A DNA stretch of 64,000 bases from Minisyncoccota bacterium (GCA_039927695.1 JBDSUM010000017.1:1631-65630); one strand, 5' to 3'. Numbered from the stretch's first letter, positions 1-8,887 are shown. A program made the numbers and translations. Notes: a model not told the origin generated them from the sequence alone.

Positions 1-6
1 CTTTTG

Positions 7-606
7 CTATCCGACAGTACCTGTTGTAACTTCTCCCGCTCGCTTGTAACTAGCGAAAATGACACCGTTTGAAGTGACTAAGCTGAACGTTAGTTCAAAA
101 GCAGCTGCAATGGTGCCCTCACCAAACAATCGCTTACCCGTGCCAAGGGTGATTGGAAACGTCATCAATCGCAGCTCGTCGACTAGGTCATGTTTGAATA
201 ATGTCTGCGCTAGGTTGCCGCTGCCAATAACTTGAATATCAGAACCTTCTGAATTCTTGAGATTCTTGATGTCATCAACGTTTCTAAGGAATACTGAGTT
301 CTGCCACTCTGACTTCTCCAAAGAAGAAGTCATTACATATTTAGTAACGTCATTAATACCGGGCCACATGTCTGCATGCTCGGGCCAATATGCAGCGAAG
401 ATATCAAAAGTTTTCCTTCCCAAAAGAAGGTCTGCTGATTTCATCCATTTTTGCATCAACTCATTACCCTCTTCGTCTGCTTCGTGAAAGTATGGGGCTG
501 TCCAGCCACCGTACTTGAAATCGCTCGATGTATCTTCCTCAGGTCCACCTGGCGCCTGCATTACTCCATCTAAGGTAATAAACTCTTGGACGATTATTTT
601 TCTCAT
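7..606 (-). CDS. dihydrofolate reductase family protein (RibD C-terminal domain-like reductase)
   Basis: 199-aa ORF. N-terminal motif IVQEFITLDGVMQAPGG is typical of RibD_C/DHFR-like reductases. Composition is protein-like. Confidence 0.6.
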   Translation of the reverse strand: MRKIIVQEFITLDGVMQAPGGPEEDTSSDFKYGGWTAPYFHEADEEGNELMQKWMKSADLLLGRKTFDIFAAYWPEHADMWPGINDVTKYVMTSSLEKSEWQNSVFLRNVDDIKNLKNSEGSDIQVIGSGNLAQTLFKHDLVDELRLMTFPITLGTGKRLFGEGTIAAAFELTFSLVTSNGVIFASYKRAGEVTTGTVG

Positions 607-664
607 ATAATTATTGTAACAATGATTGCAGTGTTACCCATAGTTCGGAGCTGTTCCAAGTTGG

Positions 665-692
665 TTTGCAGAGTGGGATGATGGAACCTTTC
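665..692. repeat. conserved intergenic repeat copy F (TTTGCAGAGTGGGATGATGGAACCTTTC)
   Basis: Matches a ~30-bp motif that recurs 6 times in the first 3.7 kb. This is the most divergent copy. Confidence 0.45.
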
Positions 693-738
693 TGCGGCAT
701 ATGATAGGTTCTGTCTAGAACGTGTGTGGAGGAAAAGC

Positions 739-972
739 ATGATGAAGGCCAGAATGTATCGAACCCGGGGTATACCTCTCGAGAGTATTCCGAATGATGA
801 GCAGCGAAGTACGGTTATTGGCGAGCATCTTTTGGCCCTATTGGAAGAAATTGAAGACGGACTGACTGATCAGCTATCTCATTCAATATGTATGCTTTCC
901 CCTAATTATGCTCTTATAAGCATAACGTATATACGGGTGGATGAACCTGGACATTTTATTGCTTCGAGATAG
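739..972 (+). CDS. hypothetical protein (77 aa)
   Basis: ORF-track start at 724 is GTG. ATG at 739 has GGAGG 6 nt upstream. No recognisable domain. Confidence 0.35.
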   Translation: MMKARMYRTRGIPLESIPNDEQRSTVIGEHLLALLEEIEDGLTDQLSHSICMLSPNYALISITYIRVDEPGHFIASR

Positions 973-978
973 ATCCAG

Positions 979-1311
979 ATGAACGCCCCAGACAATTCGC
1001 TCTGGGGTTTTGCTTTGCATATTAATGATTGTTATATTTTAAGCAGTAGTTATATGTGGATTTCAACGACCCGTGGACTCGGGGAACACAACGTTAACCA
1101 CCTCCTACAAAAAAATGAGTCCAATTATCAGCTCATACATTTTATTATGAATCAGCAAGAACTACACAATCCTGCTATCGACGAAGATGCTCGTTATGGA
1201 TTAGCAATGATTAAGTGGCACGGTTGGATGTCTCCTGTTGGAGTGGGGATTTTCATGCTCTGTCTCGGAGGATTCATCTATCTTCTTCATTTGTCAGAAA
1301 TCATCGGATAA
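979..1311 (+). CDS. hypothetical protein with C-terminal hydrophobic segment
   Basis: 110-aa ORF starting 7 nt after the upstream stop, suggesting a two-gene cassette. The C-terminal stretch GVGIFMLCLGGFIYLL looks like a transmembrane helix. Confidence 0.35.
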   Translation: MNAPDNSLWGFALHINDCYILSSSYMWISTTRGLGEHNVNHLLQKNESNYQLIHFIMNQQELHNPAIDEDARYGLAMIKWHGWMSPVGVGIFMLCLGGFIYLLHLSEIIG

Positions 1312-1436
1312 TTAAGATCCTTCGGAGGTTTCTAGAATGTGGAACAAAAAATCACTAAAGCTTAGTGATTTTTTGTTAGTACTTCTAGTTATTTAGAATG
1401 TATTGGTTCTGTTATGTATGAATAAAATCTATTGCC

Positions 1437-1466
1437 CGCGATCAGGGGCGATGTTGGAACCTTTTT
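1437..1466. repeat. conserved intergenic repeat copy A
   Basis: CGCGATCAGGGGCGATGTTGGAACCTTTTT, immediately followed by TTGACA. Confidence 0.5.
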
Positions 1467-1553
1467 GACAGATCAGCTTTGCCCTGGCATGCTCATCTAG
1501 GCCTATGCAGTGCAGGGCTACACTAGGCATTGCCTAAACAAGGAGTACCTTCG

Positions 1554-1895
1554 ATGAGAAAGAGGATTGCCTTTTCCATTCTCAAATTTGTAGGCGTAAC
1601 CGCCGAAGAGTTTATCGCTCTCAAGAACCTATTAACGGATGAAGGCCGCGTAATGAAGAAGCTTCCGGTAGTTCGCTCAAGTATCGTCGACAGAATCTTT
1701 GCGACGATTCAGTCTGCCGTGTGGGATCAAGAGCACGGAACATTCACAGTCGAAGTGAAAGTGAATGATTTTGCGTTCGCGCGTGAACCAACAAAGAATC
1801 CTGGCGACAAACCGCACTTCAAGTACGATACGGATGATCCGACACCACGGAGTCTCTTGGTCAGAGTTCTCGACGTCTTGAATCGCTACAAATAA
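1554..1895 (+). CDS. hypothetical protein (113 aa)
   Basis: ATG at 1554 is preceded by AGGAG 8 nt upstream. The ORF-track start at 1530 is TTG. Confidence 0.45.
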   Translation: MRKRIAFSILKFVGVTAEEFIALKNLLTDEGRVMKKLPVVRSSIVDRIFATIQSAVWDQEHGTFTVEVKVNDFAFAREPTKNPGDKPHFKYDTDDPTPRSLLVRVLDVLNRYK

Positions 1896-1943
1896 GCAAT
1901 CTGTACTGGCCACTGGAGTATATTCCAGTGGCCATAAGTCTTA

Positions 1944-1976
1944 TTGCTGGCAGAGTGGGACAACGTTGGAACCTTT
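1944..1976. repeat. conserved intergenic repeat copy B (TTGCTGGCAGAGTGGGACAACGTTGGAACCTTT)
   Basis: 28/28 identical to copy D. Contains the palindromic core CAACGTTG. Confidence 0.6.
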
Positions 1977-2547
1977 ATTTTTCTGTCTTTAATAAATGAG
2001 GATAGTATCGGCTTGTAATATCTTTGACGTATTCTTCAAGCGGCATCATGCCTAATGCGGCACGCCTTTCATTTACGTGTTCTTCGTCTTCAATTGGTAC
2101 TGGCTCATATGCAACAACATTCATGTTTGTTTCTGCATCTCTCGTTTCCTGCATTTGGGTACCGTATCGCTGTTTTTGTTTTATTTTTACCCATACGCGA
2201 TCTTCGAGGTATGCAGCATCTATTTTGTTAACTTCCCCGTCGGGCTGTTCCCTCATAAGGTCTAAACACTGTTGTTGAAAGATAGGGTCATGATCTGCAT
2301 GTTGCACTAACAACCATGCGGCGCGGGAAGCCGTTTCCCCTACTTTTGAGACAGTGGGCCATCCAATTTCTGTGATTACTCTTTTCATAGCTTCAGTATT
2401 TTGAAGATCTATGTTCTCGTCCCACGTATCTTCTGAGTCATTTAAGTCCTTTTCACGCATGTCTTGGTCGACTTTAACTCGTTCAAGAATTTCCTTTGTT
2501 ATCTCAGGATATTGTCCGTATTCGGGATTTTCATTTGAGCCATGCAT
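1975..2547 (-). CDS. hypothetical acidic protein (~190 aa)
   Basis: Protein-like composition. GGAG lies 4 nt upstream of the second ATG. A TATAAT box sits just upstream on the minus strand. Confidence 0.45.
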   Translation of the reverse strand: MHGSNENPEYGQYPEITKEILERVKVDQDMREKDLNDSEDTWDENIDLQNTEAMKRVITEIGWPTVSKVGETASRAAWLLVQHADHDPIFQQQCLDLMREQPDGEVNKIDAAYLEDRVWVKIKQKQRYGTQMQETRDAETNMNVVAYEPVPIEDEEHVNERRAALGMMPLEEYVKDITSRYYPHLLKTEK

Positions 2548-2575
2548 TTTCTCCATATGTAAATTATAGCAATAT

Positions 2576-2610
2576 TTGCTGGCGTACTGGGACGATGTTG
2601 GAACTTTTTT
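2576..2610. repeat. conserved intergenic repeat copy C
   Basis: TTGCTGGCGTACTGGGACGATGTTGGAACTTTTTT. Confidence 0.55.
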
Positions 2611-2663
2611 ACATAAAGAAAGCCTGGCTGGATTAGGTATCGCAGCCAGACTCTCACATCACC

Positions 2664-2849
2664 CTAGGTGTCCAGAGGAGTAGTTCGCATTTCCTCCATA
2701 ACCTTTATGGCGAAATCCAGATTTTCCTTGTCATGTGCTCCTCTCGACGGATCAGGGTTAGTATCGGATGCCCCGAAGCAGGGGCTGGTTCGGCGATCAG
2801 GTCCGCGCAATATACTGTCCCTGATCTCGTCTCTAGTCGTCTTAGGCAT
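2664..2849 (-). CDS. small hypothetical protein (61 aa)
   Basis: ATG at 2849 has AAGGAG 7 nt upstream. The ORF-track start at 2945 is TTG and lies inside repeat copy D. Confidence 0.4.
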   Translation of the reverse strand: MPKTTRDEIRDSILRGPDRRTSPCFGASDTNPDPSRGAHDKENLDFAIKVMEEMRTTPLDT

Positions 2850-2926
2850 GGCAGTCGCTCCTTTCTGCTGAAACTGTATCAGGATATGTGCAGGGAGCAA
2901 AGGTAGTCTAAAACAATCTTGATAGC

Positions 2927-2960
2927 TTTTGGCAGAGTGGGACAACGTTGGAACCTTTTT
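2927..2960. repeat. conserved intergenic repeat copy D
   Basis: TTTTGGCAGAGTGGGACAACGTTGGAACCTTTTT. A partial direct repeat CAGAGTGGAC follows 24 nt downstream. Confidence 0.6.
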
Positions 2961-2972
2961 CTCTAATCAGAG

Positions 2973-3001
2973 TGGACAGTACAAATATATTATGCTATAG
3001 T
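2973..3001 (+). promoter_or_regulatory. sigma70-like promoter (TGGACA-17-TATAGT)
   Basis: Spacing and hexamers were read directly. Lies ~30 nt upstream of an AGGAG RBS and the ATG at 3033. Confidence 0.4.
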
Positions 3002-3032
3002 CTATATTATTCCTCTTTGCTAGGAGCTAGCC

Positions 3033-3554
3033 ATGTCATTCATTTACCATGCGGTTCCTCGCAATATGACCGGAACTGTTCTTTACCCCCTCAACGAGCT
3101 TCGTACCGTCAGCGAAACTGCCCATGCGACACATGCGAGCAAATACGAAGGACGTGAGCATTTAACTGAGGTGCGCATTCCAACGTTGGGAAACTGTCTG
3201 TGGAATGACGTACTTTTCTTCATTGCTACTCCCCCCTCTGTTTTCTGGCATGCGTATGAGTCTGCTGGATTCGACAAGCTACGACTCCAGCGCCATTTTC
3301 AGTTTGATGTAACGACTCTCGACCAATCGAAGCTCGCTGTCCTCACGAAAATGGAAATGAATCGCCCTGACGTATATGAGCCGTTCGACCCATCTCGCAT
3401 GGACGAATACGCGACTATTCCTCAGGAGACCTATGACTATTGGGCAGAGGAGCTGGCTTCGGGAAATACCCGACCCATGCTCTATATGCACATTCCACAC
3501 ATCCTTTACCGTGGTTCGCTCGACACATCGGGTGTCCCTGTTGTAGAGGCCTAA
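3033..3554 (+). CDS. hypothetical protein (173 aa)
   Basis: AGGAG 6 nt upstream. Protein-like composition. Followed by a rho-independent terminator. Confidence 0.5.
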   Translation: MSFIYHAVPRNMTGTVLYPLNELRTVSETAHATHASKYEGREHLTEVRIPTLGNCLWNDVLFFIATPPSVFWHAYESAGFDKLRLQRHFQFDVTTLDQSKLAVLTKMEMNRPDVYEPFDPSRMDEYATIPQETYDYWAEELASGNTRPMLYMHIPHILYRGSLDTSGVPVVEA

Positions 3555-3561
3555 ACAATGA

Positions 3562-3600
3562 CCGCAGGCTTGAGATTTTCTCAGCCTGCGGTTTTTATTT
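3562..3600 (+). terminator. rho-independent terminator
   Basis: CCGCAGGCTTGAGA/TCTCAGCCTGCGG stem followed by TTTTTATTT. Confidence 0.6.
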
Positions 3601-3613
3601 GCATACTATAGTT

Positions 3614-3640
3614 AGCTGGCAGAGTAGGGTTGGAACTTTT
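3614..3640. repeat. conserved intergenic repeat copy E
   Basis: AGCTGGCAGAGTAGGGTTGGAACTTTT, a shortened variant upstream of yebC. Confidence 0.5.
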
Positions 3641-3672
3641 GGGTCGAGTGCTGATTTTGGTATACTTGTTTT

Positions 3673-4239
3673 ATGTCAGGACACAATAAATGGTCGCAGA
3701 TTAAGCAGCAGAAGGGCGCGACTGACGCTGCAAAGAGTCGCGCGTTTTCTAAGTTTTCACGACTCATAAGTATTGAGGCTAAAAAAGCTGCTGGAAATAT
3801 GAGTTCTCCATCTCTTTTAGCTGCTATTGGTCGGGCAAAAGCTATCAACATGCCCAAAGACAGTATTGAGCGCGCTGTTGCGAAAGGCTCAAGTAAGGAT
3901 GCTGGCGAACTCGACACTGTGAGTTATGAATTCTATGGGCCAGGCGGATGCGCAATAATTGTGAATGCACTTACAGACAATCGTAATCGCACGACACAAG
4001 AAATTAAGCATCTTATTTCTAAGAATGGTTTTGAGCTCGGTGTTCCTGGGAGCGCAGCCTGGGCATTTTCAAAATCAGGTGATGGCACATATACACCGAA
4101 TGCCCCACTTATGGAGGTGACAGGTGACGATCAGGAAAAACTTGAAATGATGCTCACTCTTTTAGATGAACACGATGATGTGCAAGATGTTTTTAGTAAT
4201 GCGACTGGATACGAGTCTTCGCGTGAAGACCCTGAATAA
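3673..4239 (+). CDS. yebC: YebC/PmpR family DNA-binding transcriptional regulator (short form)
   Basis: MSGHNKWSQIKQQKG and PKDSIERAVAKG motifs. Adjacent to ruvC as in classical yebC-ruvC synteny. Only 188 aa. Confidence 0.8.
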   Translation: MSGHNKWSQIKQQKGATDAAKSRAFSKFSRLISIEAKKAAGNMSSPSLLAAIGRAKAINMPKDSIERAVAKGSSKDAGELDTVSYEFYGPGGCAIIVNALTDNRNRTTQEIKHLISKNGFELGVPGSAAWAFSKSGDGTYTPNAPLMEVTGDDQEKLEMMLTLLDEHDDVQDVFSNATGYESSREDPE

Positions 4240-4241
4240 CT

Positions 4242-4718
4242 ATGCGCGTACTTGGCATAGACCCTGGGTTCGATAGACTAGGTCTTGCCATAGTTGAAGG
4301 CGACCCGAGTAAGCCAGTAGTGGTGTGGAGTGATTGCGTATTGCCGGCAAAAGGCGCACCTGCGGCGCGCCTTGCTGATGTATACACTGCAATAATAAAG
4401 GCTCTGACAGAGTTTACGCCTGACAAAATCTCCATTGAAACTCTTTTCTTTAGTACCAATAAGAAGACAGCTTTAGCTGTTGCCGAAGCGCGCGGAGCAA
4501 TACTTGCAGCTGCAGGTGCAAGGAATGTGCTCGTGCAAGAATACAGTCCCGGTCAGGTTAAACTCGCGGTGACCGGTCATGGTGCAGCAAACAAAGCAGC
4601 CATAGCACGCATGATCCCCCATCTCGTGACCCTCGATACTCGAAAGCGTTTGGACGATGAGCTCGACGCTATTGCAGTAGCTATTGCTGGACTTGCTGAC
4701 CGGAGCAACACCCAATAA
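4242..4718 (+). CDS. ruvC: crossover junction endodeoxyribonuclease RuvC
   Basis: MRVLGIDPG start and RNase H-like fold motifs. 158 aa. Confidence 0.9.
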   Translation: MRVLGIDPGFDRLGLAIVEGDPSKPVVVWSDCVLPAKGAPAARLADVYTAIIKALTEFTPDKISIETLFFSTNKKTALAVAEARGAILAAAGARNVLVQEYSPGQVKLAVTGHGAANKAAIARMIPHLVTLDTRKRLDDELDAIAVAIAGLADRSNTQ

Positions 4719-4829
4719 ATACTTCTATCCCCTATTCCGCGCGCTTACCCCTTGCAAAGCATTTTTACTTTTGTTCAAATGGTAAAGCCTTGCGGATTAT
4801 CGCAGCATAAGTAAATAATTCAGAATATT

Positions 4830-5000
4830 ATGATAGATGACGATTTGCTCGACGAAGACGACGAGCTTACAGGAGCAGGCATTCCCCTTCTCGCAGACGA
4901 TGACGGTGACGTTGGAATCCCGCTTGAAGATCCCCTTGAGGATGAGATGGAAGGGATGACTATAACTGGTGCAGACGGTGAGGAGGAAGACGCTATTTAG
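4830..5000 (+). CDS. possible small highly acidic protein (56 aa, D/E-rich)
   Basis: ORF below the 60-aa track cut-off, found by manual translation: MIDDDLLDEDDELTGAGIPLLADDDGDVGIPLEDPLEDEMEG... No clear RBS. Confidence 0.2.
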   Translation: MIDDDLLDEDDELTGAGIPLLADDDGDVGIPLEDPLEDEMEGMTITGADGEEEDAI

Positions 5001-5025
5001 TCTTCGTACAAAATAGTATGTGAAA

Positions 5026-5050
5026 GAACGGCCCCCTCTGGGGGCCGTTC
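5026..5050. terminator. perfect palindromic hairpin (GAACGGCCCCCTCTGGGGGCCGTTC)
   Basis: Lies between the acidic ORF and the PBP gene. No clear T-run. Confidence 0.35.
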
Positions 5051-5068
5051 GTGATACCATTCTTTGTA

Positions 5069-7240
5069 ATGTCTCGAAAATCTAAAAAGTCTTTGCGTGC
5101 TCGCTTGAGTAAGCTACTCCACGACCCCCATCCGTTCACTAAAATAGCCTATATGCTCGTAGGTTTGGGATTTTTAATCCTTGGCGTCACCGTTCTATGG
5201 GTAGCGTTTACGCCAATCCCAGCGCTTAACTCCTTTGATTCTCGCAAAGTTGCTCAGTCGACAAAGATTTACGACCGAACAGGAAGGACTGTTCTCTACG
5301 ACCTCAACCACGACGTAAAGCGCAATATCGTTCCGCTTTCTGAGATCTCTCCAAACCTTCAGCACGCGACTATCGCAATCGAAGATTCTAATTTTTATTA
5401 CCATGGCGGCATCAGCTACACCGGCATCGCTCGATCTTTCATCGCAGATGTAACTCATCTTTCGTTCCAACAAGGTGGTTCGACACTCACGCAGCAGGTG
5501 GTTAAAAATACTATCCTCACCGGAAAGAAAAGTATTATTCGCAAACTCCAAGAATGGATTCTCGCTACCCGTCTTGAGAATCGTTACAGCAAGGATCAAA
5601 TTCTTGAATTCTATTTCAACGTAACTCCCTACGGCGGCACGCTCTATGGTGCTGAGGTTGCGAGTCGATCGTTCTTTGGAAAATCAGCAAGCGAACTAGA
5701 CCTCGCTGAGAGCGCATACCTGGCAGCTATTCCACAACTTCCTACGTACTATTCTCCCTATGGTAACAATCGTGCGGCGCTCGACGATCGTAAAAATCTT
5801 GTACTTGGCCGCATGAAAGAGCTCGGCTACATAACAGATGCCGAATATGAAACAGCGAAGAATGAACAGGTTACTTTCAGTCGCCAACAGAACAATACAA
5901 TTCTCGCCCCTCACTTCGTCTTTTACATTGAGCAGCAACTCGAACAAAAATATGGTCCGGATGTCGCAACGCAGGGACTCACCGTTATAACAACTATCGA
6001 TGCCGACCTTCAGCGACAAGCAGAAACTACCGTGAACACGTACGCGCTCGCAAACACTAAGAAATTCAAGGCAAGCAATGCGTCTCTTGTGGCTCTCGAT
6101 CCTAAGACTGGTCAAATTCTTGCTATGGTCGGCTCCCGTGACTATTTCGACAAAGCTATTGATGGCAATTTCAACGCTGCTCTCGCGCTTCGTCAGCCTG
6201 GATCTTCATTCAAACCGTTTGTGTACGCTACCGACCTTCAGAAAGGCTACACACCGGAGACTGCAATCTTTGACTTGCCGACACAGTTTTCGACTACCTG
6301 TTCACCAAGCGATAACTTTAACGACACACCCCCCTGCTATGCGCCAGGAAACTATGACGCAAAGTTCCGTGGACCAATGACCTTTACCACCGCGCTCGCA
6401 CAGTCGATCAATATTCCTGCTGTAAAGGCGCTGTACCTCGCAGGTATTCCAAACGTACTCACGCTGGCAAAGAATATGGGCCTCACTACGCTTGGCAAGC
6501 CTTCTGACTATGGTCTTTCACTTGCACTTGGTGCAGCGGAAGTTCGCTTGCTCGATCTCACAAGCGCATACACAGGTTTCGCTAATGATGGAATGCTGAA
6601 CGCTCCTACAGGTATCTTGAAGGTAACTGACACCGATGGAAAAACAGTAGACGAATACAAAGCGACACCTCGCCAAGTTCTTGAACCTGAAATCGCTCGC
6701 GAAATGTCATCGATGCTTTCAAACAATGAGGCGCGTTTCCCTGAATACCCTGCAGACAATCCGTTCCACTTCTCTGGCTATGACGTTGCAGCTAAGACTG
6801 GTACGACTAACGAATCACGTGACGCGTGGACCATTGGCTACACTCCTTCGATAGCAATTGGCGTGTGGGCTGGTAATAACGACAATAGTCCAATGGTGAA
6901 GGAGATAGCTGGGTACATCGTGGCTCCGATGTGGCACGATGTAATGAAGTACGCACTCACGAAGTATCCACAGGAATTCTTTACCGCTCCTCAACCAATC
7001 CCTGACACCCTTCCTGGAGTTCTCCGTGGGCTCTACAGCGACGGCACATCGTTCCACGACGTTCTGTACTGGGTAGATAAAAATGATCCACGTGGAGGAG
7101 GAAATTCCGTGGGTGACGGCCAATTCCCCTACTGGGAATACCCTATCGGCGCAGGTTTTGGCGCACCATCGGGAACTTCAACCGATCAGACATCAACGAC
7201 GACGGTATCTGGAGACCAACTGCCTGCGGTAGCTCAGTAA
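5069..7240 (+). CDS. class A penicillin-binding protein (transglycosylase + transpeptidase, PBP1A-like)
   Basis: EDSNFYYHGG transglycosylase motif. SSFKPF (SxxK) and KTGTT transpeptidase motifs. N-terminal TM anchor. Confidence 0.9.
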   Translation: MSRKSKKSLRARLSKLLHDPHPFTKIAYMLVGLGFLILGVTVLWVAFTPIPALNSFDSRKVAQSTKIYDRTGRTVLYDLNHDVKRNIVPLSEISPNLQHATIAIEDSNFYYHGGISYTGIARSFIADVTHLSFQQGGSTLTQQVVKNTILTGKKSIIRKLQEWILATRLENRYSKDQILEFYFNVTPYGGTLYGAEVASRSFFGKSASELDLAESAYLAAIPQLPTYYSPYGNNRAALDDRKNLVLGRMKELGYITDAEYETAKNEQVTFSRQQNNTILAPHFVFYIEQQLEQKYGPDVATQGLTVITTIDADLQRQAETTVNTYALANTKKFKASNASLVALDPKTGQILAMVGSRDYFDKAIDGNFNAALALRQPGSSFKPFVYATDLQKGYTPETAIFDLPTQFSTTCSPSDNFNDTPPCYAPGNYDAKFRGPMTFTTALAQSINIPAVKALYLAGIPNVLTLAKNMGLTTLGKPSDYGLSLALGAAEVRLLDLTSAYTGFANDGMLNAPTGILKVTDTDGKTVDEYKATPRQVLEPEIAREMSSMLSNNEARFPEYPADNPFHFSGYDVAAKTGTTNESRDAWTIGYTPSIAIGVWAGNNDNSPMVKEIAGYIVAPMWHDVMKYALTKYPQEFFTAPQPIPDTLPGVLRGLYSDGTSFHDVLYWVDKNDPRGGGNSVGDGQFPYWEYPIGAGFGAPSGTSTDQTSTTTVSGDQLPAVAQ

Positions 7241-7252
7241 AATCCTTCCCAA

Positions 7253-7996
7253 ATGTTTGTCTTAGAAATTTTCTTTGCTTCTCTCCAGGGAGTTCTTGCC
7301 ACGAGTGCAGCGATATTGGTCTTCATAATTTTTCTTATCTATAGACTTAGACCGAAACAGTATTACTTTATCCGTCACGGGGAGACTATCCTGAACAAGA
7401 AGCATATCAAGCAGGGCGCAGACGGCGCGCTGACTCCGAAAGGAGTTGCCCAAGCACTCTTACTGGGAAAAGTATTTGCCGATCTTCAGATACAAGAATT
7501 GTGTGTTAGTCCATATGAACGAGCTGTGGAGACAGCAACACTCATGCAGCAAAGTTTGAAAACAAAAATAATAGTGACTCCCCTCCTCGCTGAGCGTAAG
7601 AGCCCATCAGAGGTTCTTGGGAAAGATACAGAAGATCCTGAAGTAACGCGAATCACCGCCTTAACAGCGTATGGATATCATGAAAATTCGTATCGCTATT
7701 CCGATGAGGAGAATTTTGAGGACCTCGCCGCTCGCGCAAAGAAATGTCTTTCATTTCTTTCACACAGACCTTATCAACGTATTGTGGTAGTCACTCATCA
7801 TGCATTTCTTCAGATGCTGCTTTCCTATCTACTCTACCGAGAAGATCTCACGGCATCTACGTATGTAAAGCTCAGCTTCTTTAACCCAGCTGAGAATGGG
7901 GGTGTTACGACCTGTGTGTATAAGCCGTGGAAGTTCTTATCTAAAACTAAAGGATGGGAGATCGTTGCGTACAATCAGCGAGCTGAGGAGTCCTAG
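7253..7996 (+). CDS. histidine phosphatase family protein (phosphoglycerate mutase-like) with N-terminal TM helix
   Basis: YYFIRHGETILN with catalytic RHG. Hydrophobic N-terminus. Confidence 0.65.
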   Translation: MFVLEIFFASLQGVLATSAAILVFIIFLIYRLRPKQYYFIRHGETILNKKHIKQGADGALTPKGVAQALLLGKVFADLQIQELCVSPYERAVETATLMQQSLKTKIIVTPLLAERKSPSEVLGKDTEDPEVTRITALTAYGYHENSYRYSDEENFEDLAARAKKCLSFLSHRPYQRIVVVTHHAFLQMLLSYLLYREDLTASTYVKLSFFNPAENGGVTTCVYKPWKFLSKTKGWEIVAYNQRAEES

Positions 7997-8065
7997 AAAT
8001 GCGTACCCAGCACTTTCATCGCCTCGATAAGTGATACTTTGACGTAAGAAAAATTACATGTCAAA

Positions 8066-8590
8066 GTGCGTTCAAGCCTATTGGTGGCTTTGTACACAAT
8101 TTCAAGGGAAAGTGCCGTGACAGCATCAAACCTTCAGAAGGTATTGGAACTAAACGATAATGAGGAAGACTCAACGGACCCACTCTATCAACTCAACCTA
8201 TTATTCACGGAATCCGCTGAAGGGGTTAGGCGATGGACTTTGCAGGAGCCTGAACTGATCTATACATTCATTATTGTGCATCTCCACAGACTCGAAACAA
8301 AGCTTCATCGAGAGCGCTCTCAGGCACTCGCCGCTTTCGAGCGCAAGAGCTTTTATGAGCGGGTATACGCCAGGATACGTTTCAGGAAACGACTTGTTCC
8401 CGAAATCGCATTCACTGTTCCTGAGCTAGTTCCTGCAGTCATTGAGCGGTGCGCCCAATACCTTGAATGGGCTGCGCATATCAATGGAAAGGATCTACTC
8501 GACGATGAAAGCGTTGACATCCTTATTAACCGGATCAAATGGGTTCTTACCAGATTGGATAACAACACCGACCTTCGTAAGGCTCGCTGA
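8066..8590 (+). CDS. hypothetical protein
   Basis: 174-aa ORF ending in a TGA stop. No recognisable domain. Confidence 0.4.
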   Translation: MRSSLLVALYTISRESAVTASNLQKVLELNDNEEDSTDPLYQLNLLFTESAEGVRRWTLQEPELIYTFIIVHLHRLETKLHRERSQALAAFERKSFYERVYARIRFRKRLVPEIAFTVPELVPAVIERCAQYLEWAAHINGKDLLDDESVDILINRIKWVLTRLDNNTDLRKAR

Positions 8591-8601
8591 GTGTTATCTC
8601 T

Positions 8602-8634
8602 GCCGTCGCTTCAAAAGCGGCGGTTTTTTATTTA
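8602..8634 (+). terminator. rho-independent terminator
   Basis: GCCGTCGCTTCAAAAGCGGCGG hairpin plus TTTTTTATTT. Confidence 0.6.
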
Positions 8635-8882
8635 ACACCTCGTACCGCAATCCCCTCCTTCGCCGCTTGTTCAAAAATGATCGTTTGCTTTGTATGAAGC
8701 GCTGATTTCACCACAGGTGGTACTGCAACGATTAGTATTCCTTCTTTAAACGTTATTTGCTTTGGCTCAATAGGAACTCCCAAAGAATCAGCTACTACTT
8801 TAGCGAGTACATGGCGCTCATTAGATTCCTTTAGTCCCGGTACCTTAAGCCTGGCAATGATGTCGCTAAGCCGTATTTCCAT
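8628..8882 (-). CDS. DUF721-like small protein downstream of dnaN
   Basis: 84 aa with the KEGILIVAVPPVVKSAL pattern, resembling DUF721. Position right after dnaN matches the conserved dnaN-DUF721 neighbourhood. Confidence 0.45.
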   Translation of the reverse strand: MEIRLSDIIARLKVPGLKESNERHVLAKVVADSLGVPIEPKQITFKEGILIVAVPPVVKSALHTKQTIIFEQAAKEGIAVRGVK

Positions 8883-8887
8883 ACCTC

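Noticed and set aside
257-487. 76-aa plus-strand ORF
   Set aside because: Lies entirely antisense within the DHFR-like reductase gene. Low-complexity sequence.
2024-2278. 84-aa and 62-aa plus-strand ORFs
   Set aside because: Antisense to the well-formed 190-aa minus-strand gene. Ser/Cys-rich junk composition.
2668-2871. 67-aa plus-strand ORF
   Set aside because: Antisense to the minus-strand 61-aa ORF, which has a strong AAGGAG RBS. The plus-strand ORF has none.
3083-3500. Two minus-strand ORFs (64 and 73 aa)
   Set aside because: Inside the plus-strand 173-aa gene.
640-3660. Classical integron attC sites
   Set aside because: The repeat lacks the GTTRRRY / RYYYAAC inverse-core pair and the 60-120-bp imperfect-palindrome structure. 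No intI gene is in the window. It is reported as integron-like only by architecture.
5195-6115. Minus-strand ORFs of 134 and 139 aa
   Set aside because: Embedded antisense in the confidently identified PBP gene.
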